From a virus (taxonomy: Duplodnaviria; Caudoviricetes), in the IMG/VR virus record IMGVR_UViG_3300030117_002966, positions 1 through 61,043 of that record: a stretch of 61,043 nucleotides of DNA; one strand, given 5' to 3'. Below are positions 18,340 to 29,777 of this stretch, piece by piece. Made by a program: the position numbers and the translations under genes. Numbering within the stretch: position 1 is the first letter of the stretch; every line of letters begins with the position of its first letter. Below the pieces are notes generated by a model that was not told the origin of the DNA, searched no databases, and saw only the letters and a list, made by a program, of their open reading frames with translations.

Positions 18340-21300
18340 ACTTTAAGCCTCCAAGAGGGAAACGGTCTGTAAACAACACACCATCATTTTTTATCATAGC
18401 TACATCTTTTACAATCAAAGTAAAGGTATATGACATTACTGCTCTAGGTCCACCTAATCCACGGGTTTCGTTGACATTACTTATTATACCCCAGAATCTT
18501 ACGAATGTACCATCTTTTTGTGGTTCATCCCAATATACAGGAACTGCCTCAGCTTGTATGTTTCTTATTTTATGTAAATGCCCATACAGTGTTGATGCAC
18601 CCTCAGTAGCAACAGTGCCAGTGTCTTCATCTCCTAAAGCTTTACTACTAAAACCTACTTCTGTTATTTTTAAACCAGTCTTTACTATATGTACTTTACC
18701 TTTTCTCGTTATAGCTTTGAAATATTGACCGCTTCGGCCTACACTAATATCACTAGTAATAGCTAAAGAATTTAAATTATAAGCAGAATCATCAATATTT
18801 TCAATAATAGCCGAATCACCTTGATTACCATCAAAAACATTCCACAACTCAGGGCATGCATTATCATCAGTGCCCGCTAAAGTAGTACCACTAAGTGTTA
18901 CTTTTAATAAATATTTAGAATTAGTTCCAAATGAAGTACTAGTGAAGTTAGTTAAATTATATAAATTTTGGAAATAAGAAGGTGATGTAGCGTTATAAGT
19001 ATCCATACCAGCTGTCACAAGTAAAGCACTATTTAAAGTAGTATTACCGGGAACATCTTGATACACTTTATTAGCTCCATTAACTACATCATATACGTTT
19101 ATTCTTCTGACAGTACCAGTTACAGTGCCGTTAGGTAAAACTAAATTAGAGTTTGTAGTTGCTGAACCGGGTGAGGTAGCTGTACCTACTTGGAGATAAA
19201 GTGTACCATGACTTCCTACACCCGCATTATAACCATTACTTGCACCACTTGCAATCCAAAAAGCAGAACCTGAACCAGTCCCTGTTTTTGTAATAAATAT
19301 ATATTTATAGGCACCTACATCTGAGGCATCTCCTATAGTTTCTACCGCTGTTTTATCTGAAGCTGCGGATAAAGCTACTGAAACAAACCCATCACCATAT
19401 CCAGTCACACCACCAGCAGTAACGCTAGCTGAACCAGTGACAGTAACATCATCAAAACCAGCAGCAGTACAACTAGTGAGGTTGTTAGCTGTAGTATTGT
19501 AAACTCCACCACATAAATTTGTAGCAGATATCGCAGCCCAATCATTAGGCATATCAAAACTAATATAACCAGATTTAGCAAAAGAACTACTTTTATCCAC
19601 ATAAGTAGTAGAGTCTGCTATCTCTCTTGATACTCTCGTTGTATCTTTAAACTTTAAAGGTTTCCAATATGCATTTTGTTTTTTAGTACCAGATTCATCT
19701 ACACGCAGATACTCTACACCAGCTATTTTAAATCCAGTGACATCTGGGTCAAAACTTTCTGCGTCATATCCTAAGTTTCTTACATAATTAGTTGCATTAA
19801 AAAATACTTTGTTAGTTTTACTATCAAATGTTAAAAGTAGATACTCTTTTTCTCCATGATTTGTGTCTACCGGTTGGTCAGCAAGGTCTTTAACAGCTAC
19901 AGAGTTGATACTAGCTAACTTAAAAACAGTTCCACTACCGTTGTTTTTCATATTACTAGATTGGTCACTGAATGGAGTGTCTGTAGCATTTGCTACACTA
20001 GTCCAATTAGGACACGGTTTACAGTACAATACTTCAGGTTGATTGTTTGTAATGAGACTACCTGAATTTGAAGCAGCCATAACTGACGTACGTACATTAT
20101 AATATTGTGTAAAGAATCTTCCATAATCATCCAAAGCAACTGAATTACTTCTTATTTGGTTGTCAGCATCACTCTGTTTATACCACACATATCCAGAACC
20201 TGCACCAAATACTTCTTGGTCAGTTTGTATTGTGTTGACACCGTAAGGATTTACTAAATAAGAGTAGTGTGAAGTCTTAACACTCTCAGTTTGTTGAGTA
20301 CCTGTACCAAGAATATTAGTACTGAGAGCCCATTGATTTACAGGACTCATCCACATTTTTCCATTGTCGTATCTATAGTTAGACAAAGCTACATTAGAAC
20401 CAGCTGCCCTACTTTGTCCCATTTCAAAAATAGCAAAACGATTATTATCATCTACACTTTTAACAGGACTACCTGCTGTAACATATGTTATTGGATAGTA
20501 TTTACCATCAGCTGCTTTAGTTACTAAAAATATTTTTAACCTGTTAAATACTTCATTTGTAGTGTAGTCAGTGCCAGCGTTTGTCATACTAGTTCCTACA
20601 CCTTTACAACTATCAAAAGATACCTTTAGTATTTTATTATATACGCTATTTTCACCGGGATGTTCAGTATGCCAAAAATCATACACTCCATATTGATTTG
20701 CTGCTTGTGTTAAATCTACTGAAAAATTTTTTACTGTTTCTTGAGATATGTCTGCACCTAAAGCTATTTGTGGTTCGGTACCAGTTGCTGCATTATACTT
20801 ATTGCGTGCTACTACACCCTCTACTGACATTGTAATTTTTTGTACTGTTCCTGTCAACTCAGCTCGTGTCAAAGTAGGAGCTATAGCTAAATAAACTTTT
20901 TTACCACCTTCAATCTCTAAAATAGAATTATCTATTCCTGAATCAATACTCATATTTTCTACTCGCATGATAGCTGTAGGTGTAGCATCATCTACTCTTA
21001 ACCCAGAGACAGTTGTTAATTGTGAATAAGGTGCTACTGCTGTATTAGAAGCATCTTTAGAATAATATCTAGATACAATACCAGCAGAGTTAATTGTTTG
21101 TACTACAGGGTTGAAAGTGTTTCCTGTTTTATTATAGGTGTGCGGAACTACAATTGAGCTCACAGGCTCAGTAGTAGTTACCCATTGGTAATTAGCTTCA
21201 TCTGTTTTGTTACTTGTACCATCATCCCAGTCTACATATACTGCACGGACATCAGGTTGTTTAAAACTTAATTTAGCGTAAACTTCAGTGTTAACTGTAG

Positions 21301-21352
21301 TAGTAGTTATTGCTGAGGTAGCGCCTGTGTTTGAATACCATCCGAGTGCCAT
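18320..21352 (-). CDS. large tail protein (N-terminal PKD-like domain)
   Basis: VDWDDG...HTY PKD motif; S/T/G/N-rich; position. Confidence 0.65.
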   Translation of the reverse strand: MALGWYSNTGATSAITTTTVNTEVYAKLSFKQPDVRAVYVDWDDGTSNKTDEANYQWVTTTEPVSSIVVPHTYNKTGNTFNPVVQTINSAGIVSRYYSKDASNTAVAPYSQLTTVSGLRVDDATPTAIMRVENMSIDSGIDNSILEIEGGKKVYLAIAPTLTRAELTGTVQKITMSVEGVVARNKYNAATGTEPQIALGADISQETVKNFSVDLTQAANQYGVYDFWHTEHPGENSVYNKILKVSFDSCKGVGTSMTNAGTDYTTNEVFNRLKIFLVTKAADGKYYPITYVTAGSPVKSVDDNNRFAIFEMGQSRAAGSNVALSNYRYDNGKMWMSPVNQWALSTNILGTGTQQTESVKTSHYSYLVNPYGVNTIQTDQEVFGAGSGYVWYKQSDADNQIRSNSVALDDYGRFFTQYYNVRTSVMAASNSGSLITNNQPEVLYCKPCPNWTSVANATDTPFSDQSSNMKNNGSGTVFKLASINSVAVKDLADQPVDTNHGEKEYLLLTFDSKTNKVFFNATNYVRNLGYDAESFDPDVTGFKIAGVEYLRVDESGTKKQNAYWKPLKFKDTTRVSREIADSTTYVDKSSSFAKSGYISFDMPNDWAAISATNLCGGVYNTTANNLTSCTAAGFDDVTVTGSASVTAGGVTGYGDGFVSVALSAASDKTAVETIGDASDVGAYKYIFITKTGTGSGSAFWIASGASNGYNAGVGSHGTLYLQVGTATSPGSATTNSNLVLPNGTVTGTVRRINVYDVVNGANKVYQDVPGNTTLNSALLVTAGMDTYNATSPSYFQNLYNLTNFTSTSFGTNSKYLLKVTLSGTTLAGTDDNACPELWNVFDGNQGDSAIIENIDDSAYNLNSLAITSDISVGRSGQYFKAITRKGKVHIVKTGLKITEVGFSSKALGDEDTGTVATEGASTLYGHLHKIRNIQAEAVPVYWDEPQKDGTFVRFWGIISNVNETRGLGGPRAVMSYTFTLIVKDVAMIKNDGVLFTDRFPLGGLKYERDYS

Positions 21353-21355
21353 GGT

Positions 21356-24300
21356 TTATACCGTTGTGGCCCTCCATGAAACAGCGTTAGACATACCCAT
21401 ACCGTGCTTTGAACTACCTCTAAAGTTGTGATAGTCTGCTACAAATAATCTTGCTGTGTGTGATATGTTTGCAGTCCCCTCAATATCTAGTAAATTAACA
21501 GAATTATAAACATATCTACTAGGTTGTTCTATGACTTTCATTTCTTTATTATAAATAATAAATTCTTCGACGTAACCTTCCATTGGTAAATGAGAAGCAG
21601 AATACTTACCACCTATAAAAAAGTCATTACCAGTGTTTGAAACATAAGTAGAACCAGTACTGCTACCAGCAAGTGCACCATCAACATATAATTTACATTT
21701 GATATCATTAGCGGAACCACTATTCATTGTAACAATTATAGAAGTAGGTACTTCACCATCACATGTCACTACCTGACTTCCTGTTATGGCTATATCGGCA
21801 CCCAATTCTACATTAATTTTATTACTAGTGTCTTTATACAATCTAAAGTTACCAGCAGCAGATGCACCAGCACTAGCTAATTGTGCAGCCACATAACGTT
21901 TATTACCCTTATCATCGGTATCAAACGTAGCATGAGCAACAAAAGTAAATTCTGTTAATCCTTCTAAAGCAGTATTTGTACCATTTGGAACAGTTAAGGA
22001 ACCATTGGTAGTTTTATCTAATTTAGCTGCCCAACCACCTTGCCCATAAATTACAGGTCTGACGGTGCTACCTATGGTGATATTACCAGATGTACCTAAA
22101 ACTGGATTATGAACTTTATAACCAGTAGGAGCAACACCGGGGTTAGGAAAGCCTTCATTCAGCGGAGCCCACATAGTTGCGTGAGTATATTTATCGTTAA
22201 CATTATCGTTTGATGTAATTAACATCCTATACCACGTGTCATCAGCATTAGTTTCATTCCATGTAAATATTAAACTGTTTAAATTTTGTGAATCTAAATT
22301 GTAAAGATTTGTTTCATCTAGAGAAACAGGACCGTTTACTTCTAAATTACTTATCACAGGAGGTAAATCTTGGAATTGCCAAAATAAAGTTGGTTGAGCA
22401 GTTTCACTTGTGCTGTCTGGACTTGTAAAGGTATAACTTGAAGATTGAGGGCTAGTTTCGGTAGGATATAATATTATAGGTATATCTGCACCGGGTTCGA
22501 TAGAAGCTGCTTTTGAAACGTCTCTTAATGGTAAATGCATATATTGACCTTGTACTACTTGGCCTTGTACTACATACCCTCCTCCCGCATTTTCATCAGT
22601 TTCTACACCATATCCAAAGTCTTGATTTGTAATAATAGAAGAAGATTCGTCTCCGGGGTAGATATTCCAAGCTCTTGAATAAAGACCGGCTGCACCTCCT
22701 GTGGTTGCAACACTACTCTTCATAGAAAATAACCATTCATTTACTGTAGTTCCTGAGCATGTAGCCACTGTAGGATTTACGGTGTCATCAGAAACTATCA
22801 TACAAGCACTACTATAAGTTCTGCGTATTGTAGATGCAGGGGTATCAAATGTCATAGTCATCCAAAATTTTTCAGGGCAGAACAATAATCTAGGTAGATT
22901 TTCTTCAGTTACTAATGCAGTAAAATCATCATCCGCATAAAACAAATCTTCTTTGAAAGAGATTACATTATTAACAATAGGTGATTCTTGGGCTAACTGT
23001 AACCCTGTTTTCTTAAAAGAAGTAGCATTAGTTGCCCCTGCTAAATATATAATATAAGTTTCATCAGGGTCGCTCCAGTTTATCATAGATGAATCATGAA
23101 CTTTAATTTGGTTAGAGTTTAATTCTGAAAACTTACCTAGTTTGGTACCATGAGTAAATATATCAAACTGAGGTATTCCTATAATACGTGTGCTAGCTGC
23201 TATATTTTCACGCTTAACCCAGTCACCATACCTATTAGTAGAACCACCAGCAGCACCATCTAGTCGTAAATTTAAGAATCCTTTTTGTCTAAATCCATCG
23301 GTAGGTACATTATTAATACTACCTGTAATTACATTGATAGCATTGGAATTACCTACACTAGTACCGACATTAACAGGGAACTGAGAACCAGATAAATGAT
23401 GCCCTGTAGTTGTACCACTCGTAAAAACAGCAGGAGCTCCCATTTGGCCTCCTAAAGGAATAGCTACACTATCAGTAACACCATCAGCGACAGTCATAAA
23501 TGCACCACCAGATATAGATGTACTTCCATAAGCTAAAGATAATTTATCAATTTTTCTAGGTATAAGTGGATTAGTTTTTACTGCATCATAATCTTGAGTA
23601 TTAAAGTCATTAAATAATATATTTCCAGATGCCTCACTAGTATATATCGCACCGGCGTCAGTTAAAGGTAAATACGCACGCTCATTCAACCCTATACAAA
23701 CGTTTTGTCCTACGTCATAAGTAGACATATCTGCTTTGTTGACACTAGGTTGTAATGTTCCATGTGTTGTGAATGTTACATCAATTATACCTGTACTACC
23801 AGCATAATTAGCAGCATTACCACCTACATCAAACATGGTAAAATTATATTTGTCCTCAATACTAGCAAAGGTATTGCTAAGACTAGTACCAGCAACTTCA
23901 ATTACATCACCTTTATTAGACCAACCACTTCCTCCAGCTAATCCAGTAGTCTTATTAGCCATGTTTTCAAGAGCACCTAAGTCAAAAGCACCAGAAGTAG
24001 ACACTAATGTTCCAGTATTACTTGCGTTTGTTACTTGAACCTGTCCTGTTAAAGTTACAGGAGCAGAACCAACCCATCTTTTATTGAAAAATTTAGGAGA
24101 TTGTGAACTAGAAGTTGCACCAGAAATAGCAACATGCATTGGAGATTTATGCGTTTTAGGAGCAAATGCCATAAGTGCATTTCCATTAGCAGCACTGAAT
24201 GAGTTTATACCCGGACCATAATTATGTAAGCTAATACTATCTATAAATAGCTCTACTTCTTGACTACTACCACTTGTATTACCTTGTGATACATTATCAC

Positions 24301-26623
24301 CAGTAAAGAAAGGTACACTACCATCAGTATTACCACTATACCATGGATAATTTTGTACCCATACAGTCATATGTTTAGGATATAGATGTGGATTGTCTGC
24401 AAAATTCCAAGGATTCTGTAATCCGGTAGGATAAGATGCAGGAGTACTACCACCTACTACCCCTTGCGGGAACCATATATCAAGGAAAGGTTTATATCTG
24501 TCACTACTGTCAATGGTTACACCATCTTCGGTTTGCTCCAAATCAAAAATAATTCTCATAGGTATACCCCGGTCACTAATAGAAGCTTCTGTAGGGTTAG
24601 CAGAACTACTTGCAGCATATGGTACTTTAGAAGACACATATGCACTGTTATCTTGTTGTATATCAGTGAATATACGCATATCAAACCATGAATCCGCAGG
24701 TAGTTTTACAAAACGTAAAGGACCATCTACATCTTCCATACTAATTTGGGCAGGACCGGTACCCGAAACAACGGGACTATTACCCCATATTAATCTATTT
24801 AAATTTTTATAATTACCACTTGATTTACCTACCAACTTTGCTATTCCACCAGATGCTAATGTATTACCTACAGTAAATCCATTACTAGACGTAACTTGAC
24901 TTTGTACATCAGTAACAGGTATCGGAAAAGCATATATATCAGGTACTGAAGTACCTTGGGCTTGCGAAGCTGAACCACCACCAGCTGTAGCATAATCACC
25001 TAAATTTACTAAACTGTGGTCAAACCTAGTGAAAACTACACCACCAACTATATTTTCTGTGTCTTCCCCGTTGTGGAATCTTTCAAGACCATAAGTAATA
25101 AAATCATCTACAGTATGATGGTCTGCTTTAGGTTTATAATTAGAAAAAGTAACACAAATACTTCTTAAAAAGGAATTTTCGAAATGACTTAAATCATTAT
25201 TAGCTAATACACCATTACCAAGAGCGGGAATATTTTCGTGACAAAATGAAATAGCTCCTGAAATATCAGTGGAAGTACCACCTGTATTACCTTGCCCATT
25301 GATAGCAACGTTTGGCCCTAATTTACTTATATTCATAGCCATTCTTATTTCAGGTATAACAGATTGCATATTACCCACATTATTAACATTTATAGTATTA
25401 TCATATGTGTCCATACCACAATCGAATGGTGGTGTTGGCATAGGTAAATTAAAAATAGAAGCATAAGTACATGTAGGATTTAGATTATCAGTGCCTCCTA
25501 CAGTGAATTGTATTTGATTATTATCGGGTGCATGGTCCCACAGATGATAGAATCGTATAGATTGTCCACCATCTAATGATTTTTCTGGACTCAAATCTAC
25601 CAAAGAAGTTATTAAAGGTGCTTCTGCTGACGCACCATAAGGATTTTGGTTATCTAAATTGTTAGCAACTGTTGAAAATATAGTGTTACTTTGATTTCCT
25701 TGCGTATTATTATCCATATCAGCAGTAGATGTGTTCATAACTGCATAGTCTACATAGTTTTTATTAAATAGTTCTTGTTTATTGAAGTCATAATATAGTG
25801 GTTTGTATTTCATTAAACCATCAGAATCGTCCCAAAAGGTTAAAGCTCCTCCAAAAGTTTCTAATGCATTACGCCATGCTAGTGAGTTAGTAGATTCGTA
25901 AATAATATTATTATCCAATCTCATAGTTTGACCATCTTCACTACTTATCAAGGCATAATAAGATTCAGTACCAAAATCAGCATCTTGATTTACAGCTAAT
26001 TTTACTTTTCTTAAATATCTAGTCACACGAGCAAAATCATCTTCATTTGTATACATATCGTGGTCTTCTAATAGTTGTTTTAAATTACTTTCTGAAATAC
26101 GAGGGTAAGCTAAACGAGTTACAGCGTTACCTGCTGAAAGTGTCCTAGTTCCCACGTCAGAAATACCTTCAAAATTCTCAAAAAGATATGGATTACTACC
26201 CACAGGAAGACTATTTACCATAGTTAGACGGTCTCCTACTACTGGACTTCCATAAGAATCACCATGTACTCCACTAATATTAGCAAGGAAATACGCTCCG
26301 GAAGCTAAACCAGCACTTTCTATATCTGGGTCTATTCTATATCCTCCAAGTTTGGGAAAATCACGATTATTTTTTATCTCAACACTAGTATTTTTCAAAG
26401 AAAGAAAACCACCAATCAATTCACCATCACCATAATTAGGTTGGTCAGCTACAGTACCTTGTAAAATATAAGATTGACTCATTACTCCACCCTGTAATGT
26501 AAATAAAGTAGGAGCAGTAGGGTTAGCTTTAGCTGTTAAATCTCTAAACTCCATATGTAAAGGTATACCTTTAGTAATTGGTTGACGTTTATAATATGTG
26601 TTACGCTTAACTTTTGTGGTCAT
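21356..26623 (-). CDS. very large tail/adhesion protein with C-terminal LamG-like domain
   Basis: KLYVDG...FFIGG...GYVEEFIIYN; follows the tape measure gene. Confidence 0.7.
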   Translation of the reverse strand: MTTKVKRNTYYKRQPITKGIPLHMEFRDLTAKANPTAPTLFTLQGGVMSQSYILQGTVADQPNYGDGELIGGFLSLKNTSVEIKNNRDFPKLGGYRIDPDIESAGLASGAYFLANISGVHGDSYGSPVVGDRLTMVNSLPVGSNPYLFENFEGISDVGTRTLSAGNAVTRLAYPRISESNLKQLLEDHDMYTNEDDFARVTRYLRKVKLAVNQDADFGTESYYALISSEDGQTMRLDNNIIYESTNSLAWRNALETFGGALTFWDDSDGLMKYKPLYYDFNKQELFNKNYVDYAVMNTSTADMDNNTQGNQSNTIFSTVANNLDNQNPYGASAEAPLITSLVDLSPEKSLDGGQSIRFYHLWDHAPDNNQIQFTVGGTDNLNPTCTYASIFNLPMPTPPFDCGMDTYDNTINVNNVGNMQSVIPEIRMAMNISKLGPNVAINGQGNTGGTSTDISGAISFCHENIPALGNGVLANNDLSHFENSFLRSICVTFSNYKPKADHHTVDDFITYGLERFHNGEDTENIVGGVVFTRFDHSLVNLGDYATAGGGSASQAQGTSVPDIYAFPIPVTDVQSQVTSSNGFTVGNTLASGGIAKLVGKSSGNYKNLNRLIWGNSPVVSGTGPAQISMEDVDGPLRFVKLPADSWFDMRIFTDIQQDNSAYVSSKVPYAASSSANPTEASISDRGIPMRIIFDLEQTEDGVTIDSSDRYKPFLDIWFPQGVVGGSTPASYPTGLQNPWNFADNPHLYPKHMTVWVQNYPWYSGNTDGSVPFFTGDNVSQGNTSGSSQEVELFIDSISLHNYGPGINSFSAANGNALMAFAPKTHKSPMHVAISGATSSSQSPKFFNKRWVGSAPVTLTGQVQVTNASNTGTLVSTSGAFDLGALENMANKTTGLAGGSGWSNKGDVIEVAGTSLSNTFASIEDKYNFTMFDVGGNAANYAGSTGIIDVTFTTHGTLQPSVNKADMSTYDVGQNVCIGLNERAYLPLTDAGAIYTSEASGNILFNDFNTQDYDAVKTNPLIPRKIDKLSLAYGSTSISGGAFMTVADGVTDSVAIPLGGQMGAPAVFTSGTTTGHHLSGSQFPVNVGTSVGNSNAINVITGSINNVPTDGFRQKGFLNLRLDGAAGGSTNRYGDWVKRENIAASTRIIGIPQFDIFTHGTKLGKFSELNSNQIKVHDSSMINWSDPDETYIIYLAGATNATSFKKTGLQLAQESPIVNNVISFKEDLFYADDDFTALVTEENLPRLLFCPEKFWMTMTFDTPASTIRRTYSSACMIVSDDTVNPTVATCSGTTVNEWLFSMKSSVATTGGAAGLYSRAWNIYPGDESSSIITNQDFGYGVETDENAGGGYVVQGQVVQGQYMHLPLRDVSKAASIEPGADIPIILYPTETSPQSSSYTFTSPDSTSETAQPTLFWQFQDLPPVISNLEVNGPVSLDETNLYNLDSQNLNSLIFTWNETNADDTWYRMLITSNDNVNDKYTHATMWAPLNEGFPNPGVAPTGYKVHNPVLGTSGNITIGSTVRPVIYGQGGWAAKLDKTTNGSLTVPNGTNTALEGLTEFTFVAHATFDTDDKGNKRYVAAQLASAGASAAGNFRLYKDTSNKINVELGADIAITGSQVVTCDGEVPTSIIVTMNSGSANDIKCKLYVDGALAGSSTGSTYVSNTGNDFFIGGKYSASHLPMEGYVEEFIIYNKEMKVIEQPSRYVYNSVNLLDIEGTANISHTARLFVADYHNFRGSSKHGMGMSNAVSWRATTV

Positions 26624-29064
26624 TAAATAATACCTCCGAAAGAATCAATACCTATACTAACGTTTTTCATAACAGTTCTATCCTTTCCTATTGTATCTTG
26701 GGTTTGCATAGTATTTAAGATTTGTCCTGAAGTATCAGGTATAAACAACTCTGGGCCTTGTTCTCCTACGATATATGGAGTTCCTTTCATAGGTAATCCT
26801 CCATCTGCCATACCTTGAACATATCCTCCAGATTGTCTATTTTGCATATATTTATTTAACATCATACCACCAAGTATTACAGCACCAAGAGCTCCTCCGC
26901 CCATAGCGAACTGAGCCGCAGTAGCACTACGTGCTATACCTGCCATCAATAATTGTGTAACTGGTAATACACTGTTTAATACTTTGAAGTATATAATAAA
27001 TTTAAGGAACTCTGGGTCTAGTGCATGTAATACTTCTAAGAAAATTTTCATAGGTAATACTAATAATTCTAACATTTCAACGCTGACTAGACCAGCATCA
27101 GAAAATTCTTGTACAATATCTATTAATTTTACTAACAAATCTTGTAAAACTAATATACCGTTAACAGCCAAATCTTGTATTTGTTGACCAAACGCCGTTA
27201 ATGCGTATCCATTTTCAGTTTCAATAACAATTAAGTCTCTTAATGCAGCCACAGTTTCAACTACGGCCTTATGAAAAGCATTCATAAATTCAGTACCTTC
27301 AAATGTAGCATCTCTCATAAAGAAAATAGCCTGAACATTATTTTTAAGTATTTGTATTTGTGCAGATATAGACTCGTTCTGTATGCGAACCATTTCATCT
27401 AACTGTCCGCCAGCATTTTCAGTATCTTTTACAGCTTGTGTGAATTCGTCAGAAGCCTGAACCAAGTGAATAAATGCCGTAGCACCTCTAACGTTTAAAT
27501 CTTCAATTAATGTAGTTAATAATTCGGTATTCGACGCTGTCTCAGGACCAACAACAGCAGCGAACTGAGAAGCTATCTCAGTCAATTGCATCATTTCACC
27601 TTCAGCGTTTAGAATCTCAACACCCATTTTACGGAAACCTACCTCAGCATCCATAGCACTTTCAGCAAATTCAGCCAATGCTTGTCTAAGACCCCTACCA
27701 GCTATACCAGCCTCTAAAGCTCTATTAGTCAATATCTGTAGAGCCCCTAGTAATTGGTCTATAGATTGCCCTGTAGAGGTAAAGAAAGGTAGAGCAAACT
27801 TAACTGCGCTTGATAAATCTTGATACTCAATCAAAGATTTCTGAATAGCAAAAGCGAATTTATCAGTAACTTCAGCTGCTTGGCTCATTTCCATACCGAA
27901 ACCGAACAATGTTTGAGCTGTAAGTTTAGAAATAGTATTATGGTCTCCTTGCACAGCCATAGATAATTTTAATGTTTCTGGTAAAATAGACAATGCTTCG
28001 TTTGCGCTAACACCAGCCGATGCAAGTTGGTACAATCCAGTAGCACCATTCTGCATTTCCATACCAAATTTTTGTCCAAATTGAGTTATTGTCTCACCGA
28101 CGTTAAAAAGTTCGTTGTTAGTTAAGTTAAACACAGAGTTTGCATTGAGTAATTCACGCTCAAACTCAATTAATTCTTGTGTGCTTTGGTTGAGCTTGTA
28201 GTAGAACGCCGTTGCGAGGGCTACAGAGTTACGTAAAGCTGCGTTAAATCCTTGTCTAATGTGATTGGCTGCCTGAGCGACTTTGGCCCCAAAACGAGCT
28301 GCTGCTGCGGTCATCTCATCAAACTTTTTTCTTGTCTTCTCAGCTTGTGCTATACCTGTTTTTAAATTACGAGTATTTTTTACTTCTTGACCTAGTCTTT
28401 TTTCAGCACCTTCTAAGAGGTCAGTGTTCTTTTTGATTTTCTCATCCATCAACTTTAACTCATCTTTTGATGCTTTACCTGTTGCTTGGAGTTGTTCTAG
28501 CTCTTTTCTAAGACGTATGTCCTTTTCGCTTAAACGTTTGAATTCATCTTTTGATGCTTGTTCTTGTTCTTTTTGTAATCGTAAAACCTCTTTACGTCCT
28601 GAGGCATCCATCTTTGCTAAATTTTGGACCATCCTCGTCATTTTCTGTAAAGGTGTTATTCCTTTTTCAATACCTGCAAATAAATCTTTACCAAGTTGTG
28701 TTTTAGCAGTAGCCTGTTGAAGTCCTCCAAAACCTTTTTTGACTTTACCTTCACTATCTGCAAAAGAACCAGCGACATCTCTACCAGATTTTTGTAAGTT
28801 TTTTAACCCTCTAGCAACTTCAGCGTTCATTAGGGCATTACTTTGTTTAAGATTATTTTGAAATAGGCCAGCTGTTTTTTGTTGTTCCGATAAAGCAAGT
28901 CCTCTACTTTTAGCTGAGGCTTGTTGTCTCATCAAAGCAATCTTTTGAAAGACACCTGCTGCACCTTGAGATAAAGCACCACCTGCTTGTTGCATAGCCT
29001 GCGGGCTAGGAACGGCTAAACCGATGGCGACTCTTGCTGCAAATACTTGTCCTGCGAAACCCAT
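26623..29064 (-). CDS. tail tape measure protein (TP901-type core)
   Basis: GLYQLASAG, LKLSMA, AG.AG..LR, GEQGPELF; helical. Confidence 0.9.
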   Translation of the reverse strand: MGFAGQVFAARVAIGLAVPSPQAMQQAGGALSQGAAGVFQKIALMRQQASAKSRGLALSEQQKTAGLFQNNLKQSNALMNAEVARGLKNLQKSGRDVAGSFADSEGKVKKGFGGLQQATAKTQLGKDLFAGIEKGITPLQKMTRMVQNLAKMDASGRKEVLRLQKEQEQASKDEFKRLSEKDIRLRKELEQLQATGKASKDELKLMDEKIKKNTDLLEGAEKRLGQEVKNTRNLKTGIAQAEKTRKKFDEMTAAAARFGAKVAQAANHIRQGFNAALRNSVALATAFYYKLNQSTQELIEFERELLNANSVFNLTNNELFNVGETITQFGQKFGMEMQNGATGLYQLASAGVSANEALSILPETLKLSMAVQGDHNTISKLTAQTLFGFGMEMSQAAEVTDKFAFAIQKSLIEYQDLSSAVKFALPFFTSTGQSIDQLLGALQILTNRALEAGIAGRGLRQALAEFAESAMDAEVGFRKMGVEILNAEGEMMQLTEIASQFAAVVGPETASNTELLTTLIEDLNVRGATAFIHLVQASDEFTQAVKDTENAGGQLDEMVRIQNESISAQIQILKNNVQAIFFMRDATFEGTEFMNAFHKAVVETVAALRDLIVIETENGYALTAFGQQIQDLAVNGILVLQDLLVKLIDIVQEFSDAGLVSVEMLELLVLPMKIFLEVLHALDPEFLKFIIYFKVLNSVLPVTQLLMAGIARSATAAQFAMGGGALGAVILGGMMLNKYMQNRQSGGYVQGMADGGLPMKGTPYIVGEQGPELFIPDTSGQILNTMQTQDTIGKDRTVMKNVSIGIDSFGGII

Positions 29065-29066
29065 TA

Positions 29067-29363
29067 TTACATTAGTCCTTTAAATGTTGGTCTTTTCTGT
29101 TTCTCTCCTAGCATATCCTGATATTTTCTACGTGTTTCTAAATACTTAGCGTATTGAGGGCGTATTTCAGGTCTATCCTTTGCCATTTCACTAATATCTT
29201 TATCTGAATATCCATCCATTGAGTGAAATTGTTCATATTCTTGATTGGCTGTCAATAAACTAATTAACTCATGACGTGGCGTATTTTTAATTTCTCTCCA
29301 TTGCATCCCTAAATCCTTCATTAGAGGTATATATAGGAGTACCGCATCAGGCGATTCCAGCAT
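29067..29363 (-). CDS. tail assembly chaperone, downstream (gpT-like) part
   Basis: Directly before the TMP gene; in the -1 frame of the upstream ORF. Confidence 0.7.
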   Translation of the reverse strand: MLESPDAVLLYIPLMKDLGMQWREIKNTPRHELISLLTANQEYEQFHSMDGYSDKDISEMAKDRPEIRPQYAKYLETRRKYQDMLGEKQKRPTFKGLM

Positions 29364-29725
29364 CAGTTCTGAAAATTTGCTTGTGCTAACTCCTCAGCCC
29401 CTAATATATTGTTAGATATACTATATCTTAACGTGGTAGGGATAAGTGCCCATTGTTCCTCTGAGATGACAGGTCCATCGGGGTTCTTTTCATTTGCTTT
29501 GTGTATCATTTTCATAACTCTTTGTGAACCGAGTTCTTGATACATTCCCATTTTTTCTTCTTCTGGTGTGTTGTCTGCCATTGATGGTAGTTTTGGTTCT
29601 TCTTTTTCTGTTAACTCACAGTATTGGAACTCCACTACTCCACCTCTAAAAACAACCTCACCTATTTGCACTTCATCAGTGAGTGCTACTAAGTCATCCA
29701 TTGACCATATTTTCTTTTCTTCCAT
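29363..29725 (-). CDS. tail assembly chaperone (gpG-like)
   Basis: Between tail tube and TMP genes; slippery heptamer at its end. Confidence 0.7.
   Translation of the reverse strand: MEEKKIWSMDDLVALTDEVQIGEVVFRGGVVEFQYCELTEKEEPKLPSMADNTPEEEKMGMYQELGSQRVMKMIHKANEKNPDGPVISEEQWALIPTTLRYSISNNILGAEELAQANFQN
29372..29378 (-). promoter_or_regulatory. -1 programmed frameshift slippery site A AAU UUU
   Basis: GCA AAT TTT CAG AAC TGA; the -1 frame reads TCA GAA CTG ATG CTG into the next ORF. Confidence 0.7.
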
Positions 29726-29738
29726 TTTTAGTTCTCCT

Positions 29739-29760
29739 GAAGGGGGTACAAACCCCCCTC
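29739..29760 (-). other. G/C hairpin immediately upstream of the chaperone SD
   Basis: GAGGGGGGTTTGTACCCCCTTC. Confidence 0.45.
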
Positions 29761-29777
29761 AAATTAAATTATCCTAT

